From Eledone cirrhosa (taxonomy: Eukaryota): a stretch of 64,000 bases of DNA. Numbering within the stretch: position 1 is the first letter of the stretch; each line of letters begins with the position of its first letter. Below, one piece after another: positions 15,630 through 27,613 of this stretch. Location of the stretch: assembly GCA_964016885.1 (NCBI GenBank), contig OZ024755.1, positions 28,706,001 through 28,770,000 of the forward strand, read 5' to 3'. The translations under genes and the position numbers were made by a program. The notes beneath the pieces were generated by a model. That model was not told where the DNA came from. It saw nothing but the letters and a program-made list of their open reading frames with translations, and did no database searches.

Positions 15630-16871
15630 GGTGGCTGCCAATTCGTTTTCGAGTACGGCCACTACTTTATATCCATGTAGGAGAACCCCTACCGATGCGC
15701 TGAACGTGTGTGAATTTTAGTCCAGCCAGCGACTTGAAAACTCTGGTACAAACACTACACCTCTGACAATTATTGACACATAGTGCTGGGCCCATGGTAC
15801 TATGTGACGACAAGTGCAGAGAGATCTCCAGATATAAAGCAATACCTGTGCTGTGAAGCTTTTATAGTGAGCAAAGGCACTGCACAAAGCCAGTTCCACC
15901 CTCTTAACCAAGATGATATTTACCAAAAAGAAGAACAAGTCAACATCATTGGATACCATCAGGGTTGCATGTGTTATATCAGAGTTTTCGTTCTCCTAGA
16001 ATTCTGCCTTGACAAAGACTAAGGGGTCATCTCTCCCGGTGATTTTGGATGGCCATTGATTCTTAAGAGCTCCTTTTCCCTTTGACAGATTTTGTTTTTA
16101 GTCCTGCAGGATGTCCAAAGTCACCCTCCTCACCAGGAAACCTTGGCGGGGTTGCCAGATTAGTCACCAACGAGCCGACCATGAGACAGGTTGTACTGGG
16201 ATACATGTTACCAGTAGCACCAACTGGTAACCTGACATACATACATACATACATACATACATGGTGGCTGCCAACTCGTTTTCGAGTACGGCCACTACTT
16301 TATATCCATGTAGGAGGACCCCTACCGATGCGCTGAACGAGTGTGACTTTTTAGTCCAGCCAACGACTTGAAAACTCTGGTACAAACACTACACTTGTGA
16401 CAATCATTGACACATAGTGCTGGGCCCATGGTACCATGTGATGACAAGTACAGAGATATCTCCAGATATAAAGCAATGCCTGTGCCGTGAAGCTTTTATA
16501 GTGAGCAAAGGTACTGCACAAAGCCAGTCCCACTCTCTTAACCAAGATGATATTTACCAAAAAGAAGAACAAGTCAACATCATTGGATACCATCAGGGTT
16601 GCAGGTGTTATATCAGAGTTTTCCTTCTCCTAGAATTCTGCCTTGACAAAGGCTAAGGGGTCATCTCTCCCGGTGATTTTGGATGGCCATTGACTCTTAA
16701 GAGCTCCTTTGCCCTTTGACAGGTTTAGTTTTTAGTCTTGCAGGATGTCCAAAGTCACCTTCCTCACCAAGAAACCTTGGTGGGGTTGCCAGTTTAGTCG
16801 CCAACGACCCAACCATGAGACAGGTTGTACTGTGATACATGTTACCAGTAGCACCAACTGGTGACCTGACA
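15630..16871 (-). mobile_element. Two tandem copies of the RTE-derived non-autonomous element
   Basis: 15630-16237 and 16263-16871, separated and flanked by (TACA)n. Confidence 0.85.
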
Positions 16872-16917
16872 CATACATACATACATACATACATACATAC
16901 ATACATACATACATACA

Positions 16918-16950
<33 letters not shown>

Positions 16951-17325
16951 GATGGCTGCCCCCTCGTTATCGAGTATCGCCATTGCACGATATACCATTA
17001 TTAATAATTATTAATTAATTATATCGTGCAATGCCTGTGCGTGAAGATATTTTCTAAAGTGAGGAAAGACTGTGCACTGAGCCAATCCCACTCTCTGAGC
17101 GACAGTAGCTATAACCCGAAAAGAAGAAAAGATCAACATCATCGGTAACTACTGAGCCGCAGGTTTTATATCGGAGTTATCCCAGTTTCCAGAGTTGCCT
17201 TCTCCTAGAAGAATGCCCTGACAAAGGCTAGGGTTCATTCACTGCCAGTGGTTTAACGGCGCAGTACATGTGTATATACATATTCACACACTTTTGGATG
17301 GCCGTTGACTCTTATGAGTTCTTCC
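16951..17325 (-). mobile_element. Diverged partial relative of the RTE-derived element
   Basis: Shares TGGCTGCC..CTCGTT.TCGAGTA, GCAATGCCTGTGC, TCAACATCAT, CCTTCTCCTAGAA and TTTTGGATGGCC.TTGACTCTTA with that family. Confidence 0.7.
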
Positions 17326-17377
17326 GCCCTTTGTACACACACACATATTCATATATATGTATATATATATATAGAGA

Positions 17378-17590
17378 GAGAGCCGCCACTTCTTCAAATT
17401 GCGAGATCACATTTACTATATTACGGACATGTGGTTGGAATGTCTCAGGAAAGAATCGCTGGACAGATTTTACGGGCAAAACCCACCGACAGGAGACCCT
17501 AAGCCAGACCCACACCGAGAAAAACGGTTGAATAAAATCCATAAGCTCGGCTGGTCTTTCCTGCGGATTCAGCCGGAAAAGGTCTGCGAA
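17378..17590 (+). pseudogene. RTE-clade LINE C-terminal fragment
   Basis: Translates EPPLLQIARSHLLYYGHVVGMSQERIAGQILRAKPTDRRP...IHKLGWSFLRIQPE, the RTE LRW.GHV.RM / RP.GRP region. Confidence 0.7.
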
Positions 17591-17594
17591 TAAC

Positions 17595-17650
<56 letters not shown>

Positions 17651-17651
<1 letters not shown>

Positions 17652-17790
17652 CACTTCAAAAGGCATGCTTGCCGGGAACAGCAAGAACCCTCCGATACGT
17701 CCTGAATGTCTGAGGCTGCAGGTAGTGGCTTGATATTCATTTCAACAAACTTTCCAGTTAAATAACATCAATGACTGAGACTCAAAGAAC
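17651..17790 (+). mobile_element. R4/Dong-like retrotransposon 3' end in (TAA)n
   Basis: Translates TLQKACLPGTARTLRYVLNV*, matching the LQKA.LLGTARILR C-terminus of R4/Dong elements. (TAA)n on both sides. Confidence 0.75.
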
Positions 17791-17793
17791 AAC

Positions 17794-17833
<40 letters not shown>

Positions 17834-18039
17834 GTTTCTCCAGCTTTACTGGTGCTTTATCTTATCGACCCCGTAAGGATTAATGGCAAAGTTAACCTGA
17901 ATAATAATAATTGTTTCTACTTGAGCCAGTCCTCGGTGAAACGCGCGTAACAGGTCGATTCGCAATAAAAAATTTCATTTTCTTGCAACACGGCTATACT
18001 TACTGACACACAGACACTTACATTCATACACACACACAC

Positions 18040-18109
<70 letters not shown>

Positions 18110-19049
18110 CATACATATACTCTCGCCTTATTATCATTAGTAATTACAGGTGTATTAGAAGCAGTCGAAAATAAAACTCTTGTTTTCTCTGATTCTTTCT
18201 GAAGTAATTATCATTTAGTCGCTTCGTAGTTTTTACATTAATTTTTTCTTTTATCCATTTTTGCATGATATGGAAAGTGCAATAATGTCAGTTAACTTGC
18301 AGCCCTTCTGCCTCCAAACCCTAGGCCCAGTCACCTCCCCACTTCACACCTTCTCTCTTTTCTACGACACCAATGTTTTTGCCAACCGCTCTCCTTCTTG
18401 TTATTTTTTCTCTGTTTTCTCTATATTTTCCTTTTTTTTTCTTTTGTTTCCTTTTCTTTTTTTGTTATTGTTGTTATTATTATCATTATTGCTGTAAATA
18501 AAAGTATTCGAAATTTGTAACATATTATTGAAATATCGGAAATGATTTTTCGTATTAGATTTTCAATGCAGATCTCTATATTCATGCATCTTTCTTTGAT
18601 ATATTCTCAGTCTGAACTTGCTAGTTCGTCGATCTTCGCAACAGCAACCAGTTTCATAAAAATATCCGGTACATTTAGATGCATCTCATAGATAAAGTAG
18701 TTTATCAGTTTCTTACATTATTTAAGATTCGTATAATTACATTTACATCGAAACTTTTGCGAATATTTAAGGCTTCGTCTGAGACTACAGATCTCAACTT
18801 CAAAATTATATATCCAAGTTCTTAGAACAGTTCATTAATCTTCTATGATACGAATTTTCTTGAACAACTTTCCGCATAATAACTTTGATTTCGGTAAATA
18901 TGCGATACTGCACAAAATATATGCATTTCTGAAATCTTATATATACAGATTGACGTGGACAGAAATGTAGAATGACAGTCGTTTAAGTTTATTCAAATCG
19001 TTTTAAGCCTTGTTTTCAGATTGTCTCTTTCGTTTACAAATTCCAGTTT

Positions 19050-20060
19050 CGAGGGTGATAATCCCTATTTTCAAAACGGGAGTCAAGATGGATTGTTCAA
19101 TAATAGATGGATTTTTTGTTAGGCCTCCATGGTGCAAAGTGTCTGGCAAAGATATCTAGGGATATTTTCAAGTGCAAGCTAGCTGACCAACATTATGGCT
19201 CTCACCGCAAACGCAGCACAGCCAACCAAATATGCATAATTCGGCAGGTCTTCAGGAAATCGTGAGAGTTTTGCCAAAAGGTTTACGCTGGTTTCGTATA
19301 CCACGAAGAGGCAGATGGCTGTGATTCTCGGGACCTGTTTTGGATGATTCTGCAGGAGTATGGAAGTGATTGACTGCTTCTTGCTGCCCTGATGTCTCTA
19401 TTCGTATGCCCTAGTGTTTGTGTTCGAATAAATGGTACCAAGTCGAAACAATTCACTATCGTGCTGGACTCCTCCAAGAATCTGTACTTTCACCTCTCCT
19501 TTTCATAATATTCTTGGAGAGGATTAACATGCCGAGCATGGCTGGAAGAAGTATCATGAGTCTACTGGAATTTGTGGCAGACATGGCATTACTTATCTCG
19601 TCAGAAGATGATCCGACATGCACTTGGTAGGTTCGATGCTAGGAGCTGCACGGCAAGAATGAAAACCAGTTGCCAAGCGTCAGCCACTCGTTCTCTCAAA
19701 GAAGCCTGCATAGTGCAATCTACATGTGAATGGAGTTTCACGGAAATAAGTGGAGAAGCTCAACTATCTCGGGGCCATATTCACCAGTGATGGAAGACAG
19801 GAGGCCGGATTAAGTGCAAGAAATGCATGAGCTGGTGCAATAAGTTGCCACATTCAGTATTCGGTCCTCCGTAGAAGTAAGATATCATAAGTCAAATTCG
19901 GTCTCTTCCATTTAGTAATAGTACCAACCCTTACCTATGGTCAGCAATCCTGTGTGATGACGAAAAGGAGATGATCATGGACATGAGCGACCTGTGTTCC
20001 TGCAAAGGGTCTTTGAATAACGCTACTCGATAAAATGCGTTATTGGGAGATCAGAGAGTA
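19050..20060 (+). pseudogene. Degenerate RTE-like LINE reverse transcriptase
   Basis: Remnants VIIPIFK, GLLQESVLSPLLFIIFLERI and LLEFVADMALL, with many frameshifts. Confidence 0.7.
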
Positions 20061-20149
20061 GTACCCTATACCCAATTACGAGCCCAAATCAAGGTAGATA
20101 CGTCGGTGTAGTATCAGCTCGGCATATCGTCTCAGCAGGTTGAATAGCA

Positions 20150-21760
20150 TGCGTATTTATCTTGATATGTATCCTATGAATTCACTGCATTTTAAGCGTT
20201 TACAATTCTTGGTATCTACACAGTTAATTCCTCTCGTGCTTTTCCTTCCCTTTTACCATTCATCTAAATTTCTATTAACAGTCTCTATGAAACATTTCTC
20301 CATAATATAAGTACAAAGTAATTTACTTTTTTCATTACATTTTTTTCATTTTCTAATTTCCCGCTATCTATAAAAAAATATCTATAAAAAAACGTATGCT
20401 CATTTCTTAAGATCTAATCTATTTCATAATAACTTTGTTAATTTCCATATTTCAGCCACGTAAAGACAAGTGCACTGATCATAACATAATAGTAATCTTG
20501 TTTTATCACTTTTGATGTTAATATGATTTGCATAATATTTCACATTTTCCGGAGAATTTCTAACTTTCTCAATCTTTTATAATTTCTGTTAAACATTTCC
20601 TGCCGTCAATGTCCAAACTATATTATATTTTACCCTCTTTAATTGTTATATTTATTTTGACTGAATGTTACTTCACACTGGTTACTGCTGATTCTGTTTC
20701 ATTTACATTCCTTTCAATTCCAGAGGATAATCTTTGACATTTCCTTTTGTTATGAATTCCTTTGTGTCATGTCAGTGTATTTTCCAAACTTAAAGCTGTG
20801 TATGACCACACTTTCTATTTGACATCCAACACACATCTTCTATGTCACTGGAGATCTCAACTTATACGTTGTGTAGGCAAGAGATTTTTACAAACTTGGC
20901 TGGCACCTTAATTTCAAATTCTTCTGTCCAACCCCCATACAGATCTCACTACTGCTGTTTGTTTCCTTTACAGCTCTATTATTATTTTGATGTCTTTGTG
21001 TTTCTTAAGTTCGGTTACACAATTGATTATCTGTCAAAGTTTTCCTCTTTCAAATGTCAAGGTGCAATCTACATCGCGCATGTAAGCATCTATCTCCATA
21101 TCTAAATCTCTTTCACATATGATTTTGAAGATAAATATCCTTTCACAAGATCCCAATCCTCGTCTAAAGCCATGATACGTTGACTCGATTCTATGTTAAT
21201 TCTTCGCGTAATTCTGGTCTGGTCTGGAATATTTTAATTGTAGTTTGGCTATTTAGATTGTGAGCTAAATACCGATTCCGTTTTTTTAAATTTAACAATG
21301 ATTAATTGTTTCATCTCGTGTGATAGCATGCTAACCGTTAAATGATGTATTACATACATCCGTTAGGAGAATTAGTTTCTTATTATGCAGTACATTTATG
21401 AATGTTACAAGCAGTGCATCTGTTCCAGTTGTATTTCAATCTTTAAAGGATTTTATTGCATTTTCTATGTCTACCTTTAAAATTTTGTTCTAATTAGCAA
21501 CTTCAAATTTGGGCATAACATATATAGTCTCATCTATGAATTCCATCATTCTGCGTGTAGTAATAGGCTCACAATCAGTGCTTCAATATTTGCGATTCTT
21601 TGCTCATGTATTTGTTTTTCTTAGTCTTTATTTCATCACATCTCTCTATATATATCCTCTACTAGATTCTCACCTCATTGGTATTAACCACCTATCTATC
21701 TTGCGCCAGATATCTTTAAATGGAGTGCTATATGTATCTTGAATTTTATTTTTTGTATAC
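20150..21760 (-). pseudogene. Highly degenerate LINE ORF2 (L1/Tx1-like)
   Basis: Minus-strand remnants in the expected order: KDIWRK (endonuclease), SLDIDG (SPG.DG-like) and MEKCF (EKAFD-like). A-rich coding strand. Confidence 0.4.
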
Positions 21761-21894
21761 TTTCTTTCTTTGGTTTTTCATAAATTTAATCAGTTATCTT
21801 TCTTTCATCCTTTTCATTCCCTTTCTATGCACTGTTTTCTTTCGTAATGTTTATTTGTATTGTTCTTCTTATATAATTGGTGTTTACGTGGATG

Positions 21895-22860
21895 ATCTAA
21901 TCTAATCTAATCTGGCCGAGTTTACACTCGCAAATAAGAAAAACCAGGGCCGCCCCTAGGGGCACTGGTTTTGTTTCGGTTGCTGAATACAATCAGGTAT
22001 CGCTGCTTCTCCTGAAGCAGAGACATTAACGTGACCTTAATATCTCGAATTATGATTGTACCATTTTTACTTGAATGAATGTTCTAACAGTTCAAATCTG
22101 TGATATCGTTTGTGCAGGTTTCATATATATAATGTTAATATTGAAGAGATTTACTTAAGGTTTTATCATTTTGGTCCTCTTCAATTTTCTTCTGTAACCT
22201 CAAATAATTTAATGATTTTCATATTCATTTTAACTGTTTCCTGTATAATATTGTCATATTTTCCATGGCGGTATAAAATACTCTACTCTACTTTCCTAGA
22301 TAGAAGAGCCGGTTCTTAATATCCATTGAAACACTATAAAGCAGAATTCGTCCCTACGTCCACGTAACTAGGATCAAGATTTAAGTTTATTCATATGCCT
22401 TTTTAAAGTTAAACCAAAGCCATATCACAAAGAAATATAGGGAATTAAAGCCATTCAAGTTATTTGAATCTAATCTAATCTGGCCGAGTTTACACCTCGC
22501 AAATAAAAAGAAACAGGGCCACCACTAGGAGCATTGGATTTGGTGTACTTCATAGTTGTTTCGGTTGCTGAATACAATCAGGGGTCGCAGCTTCTCCTGG
22601 ACGTCAATAGTTATCTTCTAACTCGAGTGGGAGCGCTTTTCCATTGTCATCTACAAAACCGCATTGTTCTCAGGACCACTACACCAGTCTTTTGATGCGT
22701 GCAGCTGTTCTTTGAACTCATGCTAATCTGAGCAAGTACTTATTAGTTTTTTTCCACGATTTCGGATATGACTAAGAATTAGAAATCAAGGTCGCGAGTG
22801 ATATTCTGTGATACTTCCTTTTGGCGAATTGAGTTTCAAGAAAATCTTAAACCTTACACT
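21895..22860 (-). mobile_element. Two 3'-end fragments of a CR1-like LINE with (ATTAG)n tail
   Basis: TCTAATCTAATCTGGCCGAGTTTACAC... is repeated at ~21896 and ~22468. The longer copy encodes VQRTAAR on the minus strand. Confidence 0.55.
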
Positions 22861-23442
22861 AATTATTCCAAGAGATGTCCTTTATGCCCAAATTAAATTA
22901 CACTAATCACCACGGGTAATTTTACCTCATACATTTTTAAACAATTATAGGAAATTTTGCTAATTATATTAATAAGGAGCTATAGTCGGGAGTTGTTGAT
23001 TGTATTTATACTATGCAAAAAAAAAAAAAGAAATAAATGAAAATAAACATCTAGACTGCAAGAGGTTATAGAGTATGTTAAACATATTTAAGTAGATTAC
23101 CCCAGAAACAAGTAGAGTATAAGTGGTAAAGACACCTACACATCAGCTGGTCAATAGTAGGCTGAGAAGGAGGAGAACGAGGAGGAGAAGGTAAAGATGT
23201 AAAACTGAAAAAAACAAAAGATGATGATGGTGATGATGAAATAAGTAACAATGAAAGACGAGAAAACAATATCTTATTGAACGTAATTTTGGATTTTAAG
23301 TTGGAAAACAGTAAAAGGTCATTTAAAGGTGAATCTTAATGTTTAGAAGCTGCGAGCATTGCTTGTGTATTTATATATGCTAAATTAATTTACACACGCA
23401 GATACATGCTTACATACATACACATTTATATATACATATATA

Positions 23443-23477
<35 letters not shown>

Positions 23478-23490
23478 ACACACACACACC

Positions 23491-23524
<34 letters not shown>

Positions 23525-23525
23525 T

Positions 23526-23712
23526 GAAAAGATTCAGGTCCCCGACGGCTGAGCTCCGGCCGTTTCAACGGTTAGATCCGAACTGAGTTGAAACGGCTGG
23601 ACCTCAGCCGTCGGGCTCCTGAATCTGCTCATATTACCCACTCTACTACCCAAGTATCGAGTACTACACTGCGTTATGGTCCACCTGGTATCTTACCAGA
23701 CCCTCCTTGTTA
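23526..23712 (+). mobile_element. Fold-back module (GACCCCGACGGC family)
   Basis: Hairpin AGATTCAGGTCCCCGACGGCTGAG...CTCAGCCGTCGGGCTCCTGAATCT plus tail ATTACCCACTCTACTACCC. Confidence 0.72.
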
Positions 23713-23788
23713 CATATGTGTGTGTGTGTGTGTGTGTGTGTGCTTGATACTTTGCTTGAAGCATTGTGGAACATGAAGAGTGGGTATT

Positions 23789-23819
<31 letters not shown>

Positions 23820-23835
23820 CTATCTATCTATCTAT

Positions 23836-24092
23836 CTAGGGCAGGTAAAATTCCCGAGATCCATGGACGAGTTCTCTCCAGCGGTCTCTGTCCCTCATTA
23901 TTGCTGCCATGTCCTGCGTCTCCAACAGACCAGTGTCTGTCCTTAGGGCATCAACATACGTCAACCTTGGTCTTCCCCTTCCAGTGTGTCCATGTAGGGG
24001 CTCCCACAGGAGCACTGAGTGCAATGTCAACTCTGGATGTCGGTGAGCATGTCCAGCTAACCTCAGTCTCCTCTGTGTCACATTTGAGCTGA
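23836..24092 (-). pseudogene. RTE-type LINE 3' fragment with (TAGA)n tail
   Basis: Translates RRLRLAGHAHRHPE...LLWEPLHGHTGRGRPRLTYVDALRTDTG...MRDRDRWR. Confidence 0.8.
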
Positions 24093-24123
24093 CTTTTGTG
24101 TGTGTATATACATATATATATTG

Positions 24124-24316
24124 TGTCAGGTCACTCTTGAGTGTTACTGGTAACATGTAACCCGGTACAACCTTTCTCAATGTCGGTTCGTCGGCGACTA
24201 AACCGGCAAAACCACGAAGCTTGCTTGGTGAGGATGATGATATTTGGGCACCCTGCGGGATGAAATACAAGACTCGGCATAGGGAGGAGGAACTCAGCAG
24301 AGTCAACGGCCATCCA
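24124..24316 (+). mobile_element. 5' segment of a subfamily related to the RTE-derived element
   Basis: TGTCAGGTCAC...TACTGGTAACATGTA.CCCGGTACAACC...GAGTCAACGGCCATCCA aligns with 46153-46345. Confidence 0.7.
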
Positions 24317-24544
24317 TATACTACTTTTATTTCATCTTCTCACCTATGAGAGGAAAACTTTGAAAACAAATCCTCGAATGCTTCCGAAGATGTTGACCAG
24401 TTCTCCTTTTCGGATAGTGTTTTGAATGCCCAGAGGCCTTTCCCCACTTTAAAAAAAACCTTCAAGCACAGGCATTGCTTGTTTAATATCTGTTACAGTT
24501 TCGTACAAGCGATTGTATTTCTCTTATCTTATTATGAGTTTGCA

Positions 24545-24634
<90 letters not shown>

Positions 24635-24638
<4 letters not shown>

Positions 24639-25310
24639 TACACAATAATCAAAGTTATGTTCAAATTATTTTATTGCTGACAATCGTTTCTTCCAAACTT
24701 TCATTTGGATTCTTCGGAGCACTAGCAATGTTTGTTCATGTAATTAACCTTCTATTCAACTGAACAATCATATAGATACATGGATATTAATGTTTTCAAA
24801 AACAGTTTCGTCTTTACAGAGTGGAATGAATGCGACATAGATTACAAGAGAATTGTACAATAATTAAAATTAAAAATTAAAAATTAAAAGGCACATAGTG
24901 GAATGCATGTGTCACAGATTACAAGGGAATAGTATAATAATTAAAGAGGCATTAAGGTAGAAAGTTACTCGTGCATATGTATTGCTAGTGCCCTCGTTTT
25001 ACGAGTAACTTTCTACCTGTAAATACGACACTGTTGTTGACAACATTAATATCCATGTATCTATATGAGTGTTCAGTTGAATAGGAGGTTAATTATATGT
25101 ACAAACATTGCTCCGTGCTCCGATGATTCCAAACGAAAGTTTGGAAGAAACGATTGTCAGCAATAAAATGATTTGAACATAGCTTTGATTATTGTGTAAT
25201 TCATATTCCTCCTCTGTAAAACATCTCATGTATTTACATTGAGCTATTTTTCTTACTGGTAATAAGGTAGTAATGAATTACTGATCTTTCTTGTTTATAT
25301 GGCTGTAAAC

Positions 25311-25316
<6 letters not shown>
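24635..25316 (+). mobile_element. Fold-back module with ~185-bp diverged arms, in (TA)n
   Basis: 24636-24819 is the inverted copy of 25017-25201. The sense arm continues ~115 nt to (TA)n. Confidence 0.8.
25116..25162 (+). ncRNA. Type I hammerhead ribozyme motif with variant CCGANGA core
   Basis: TGCT-CCGATGA-TTCCAAAC(GAAA)GTTTGGAA-GAAA-CGATTG-TC-AGCA: 8-bp stem II and GUC cleavage triplet. An inverted copy lies at ~24675-24721. Confidence 0.72.
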
Positions 25317-25367
<51 letters not shown>

Positions 25368-25753
25368 GGCTCACAAAGGAGCGTGTGAAGGCTTCAAGAA
25401 CATCATCTTCTCCGTTCCCTTGTCGTGACCTTATTACGTAAGAAGCTGTCTGATGAGATCATGTCACTGGTTAGGCAGACTCGCCTGGCCACCGTCGTCA
25501 TTGAGATACGTATCACAGCCTTATCAATAAGGAACTTTGACATCTGAAACTACTTCGCATTTCCTTATTCTCTCTCTCCCGCTCTCTCTCTCTCCCTCTC
25601 TCTATCTTCAAATTTATTATTATTACTATATATATATATATATATATATAATTTCATATATATTTATTAAAATAACAGATTAAAGTTTAAGCAAAAAATC
25701 ACTGCTTTCACCCTTAACGGGATCTTCTGCAACTCATTATCATTACTATAATT

Positions 25754-25794
<41 letters not shown>

Positions 25795-26658
25795 ATTAGA
25801 ATTTTATTTCTCGCCCCAAGTATATCCTAGTTTCCCAACTACGTATCAGATAATTTACTTCACAAGATTGGGCAATTTATTGAGACATGAAATGTGCCAA
25901 TACTGGCGGAAAGTTTACATTTGGATATTGAAAAACATTTCATTAATTATATTGTTTGTCTCAATATGTAAGAATGAAATTTTGAGTTATTAAAAATATA
26001 GCATTGGAATAATTCACATATTTGAACAACATGTTAAATGATACAGAAGGACTTGTGTACTAACATTCAATTAATAATAATTTCATTCTTACTGATGAAA
26101 GGAATTCATTTTTAAATAAATAATTCTGGCGTGAGAGAGTAGGGAGACAAACGGAAATTTTCAGTAATTGAAAATAATTTTTTCTACTTTTGGCACAAGG
26201 CCATCAAATTACCCCATTGCTTTACTGGTACTTCATTTTATCGACCCCGTCAGGATGAAAGGCAAAGTCAATGAAATACCAAAAGTTGTGGGTAGTGAAG
26301 ATACGAATTTGGACATAATTTGGTTTCATCAGCGAAGCCGATTCTGACATTGATTGGAAGGAGATTTATTTTTCATTACATGCTTCTCAAACTCGTACGT
26401 GAAATAATTAAATGCCCGTAGATAGATGAAGTCAGAACAAATACAGCATGAGTGAAAATGTGGTTAACAAGTGCTTCCTTTCTATTATTGCATCTACAAA
26501 TAAATTCTTCGATCTACCAATGTATCTATTTATCTCCCTATATATCTCTCCCCCTCTCTCACTCTCTCTCTGAGCTTCAGAAGATGTCGTTAAGGGTGAA
26601 GGCAGCGATTCTTTGCTTAAACTTTAATATGTACTTATATTATATATATATATATATA

Positions 26659-27302
26659 TTACTCTTTTACTCTTTTACCTGTTCCAGCCATCCGACTGAG
26701 GCCATGCTGGGGCACCGCCCTTGTTGCTACACATTTTATCTCCAGCCCGTATTGGTTGGCCAGTGGTGTAAGAGGGAGTTTGTTGCTGCTGCCCTTAGGT
26801 TTCCCTTGTGCCTTGCTGTGGGCTCATCCGGGATCCCGGATAGCAAGGTGTCGAGATGTTTCTTGAAGACATCCACCTCCACACCATGCATATCTCTCAG
26901 ATCCTTCGGCAGCTTGTTGACGAGTTGAGGGCCCATGAATCCCAGGCTATTGCAATATCTGCTCCTTATTCTAGATATGGGAGACGGGAGCTTTGGCACC
27001 ACACAGTGACGTCCAGTTCGAAGATTCGTCCAGCTCCCAATGCCAAAGTTTGGTGGTAGTCCCTCCAGGATTTTCCACATGTAGATCACTGCGTATCTCT
27101 CCCGTCTTCGTTCCAGGGAGTAGAGGTTCAGTTCTTTTAGCCTCTCCCAGTAGCTTGTCTCCTTCATCGTGGCAATCCTCTTGGTGTAGCTTCGCTGGAT
27201 TGCCTCGAGTTCCGTGGTTAGTTTGACACTATGGGGTGACCACAAATTAGAGCAATAGTCCAGGCGGTTTAGGACAAATGTCTTCCATGGTGTCTCGGTT
27301 CA
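26659..27302 (-). pseudogene. CR1-clade LINE 3' fragment with 3' UTR and tail
   Basis: Translates RLDYCS*LWSP...LEAIQRSYTKRI...SYWERLKELNLYSLERRRERY. The 3' end GGCGGTGCCCCAGCATGGCC...AAAAGAGTAA recurs in part at 36350-36402 and 62256-62296. Confidence 0.88.
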
Positions 27303-27332
27303 TTATATATATATACATACATATATATATAT

Positions 27333-27499
27333 AGGAAAAAGTATGACCCCGACGGCAGAGCTCAAGCCGTTTCGATGAAACAGCTTGAGCTCTGCCGTCG
27401 GGGGTCTTACTTTTTGGTATTTCCCACTCTACTACTCTAAGTATTAAGCACTCTGGTGCGTTATGGTCCATCTGGTTCCTTACCACATTTCCTTTGTTA
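27333..27499 (+). mobile_element. Fold-back module (GACCCCGACGGC family)
   Basis: GACCCCGACGGCAGAGCTCAAGCCGTTTC/GAAACAGCTTGAGCTCTGCCGTCGGGGGTC hairpin plus the family tail, between (TA)n tracts. Confidence 0.75.
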
Positions 27500-27613
27500 T
27501 ATATATATATATATATATTGTTATATTTGGGGAGGGTCATATTTGCGTAATATTGCCAGAATTAATAACAGAACACACTCACTGTTTGGTTGGTTTTCGC
27601 TTCTCGCTGTCTT

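Noticed and set aside
25449-25470. Isolated CTGATGA motifs (also ~47267, ~50795, ~62031) as hammerheads
   Set aside because: No properly spaced stem II, GAAA and stem I pairing.
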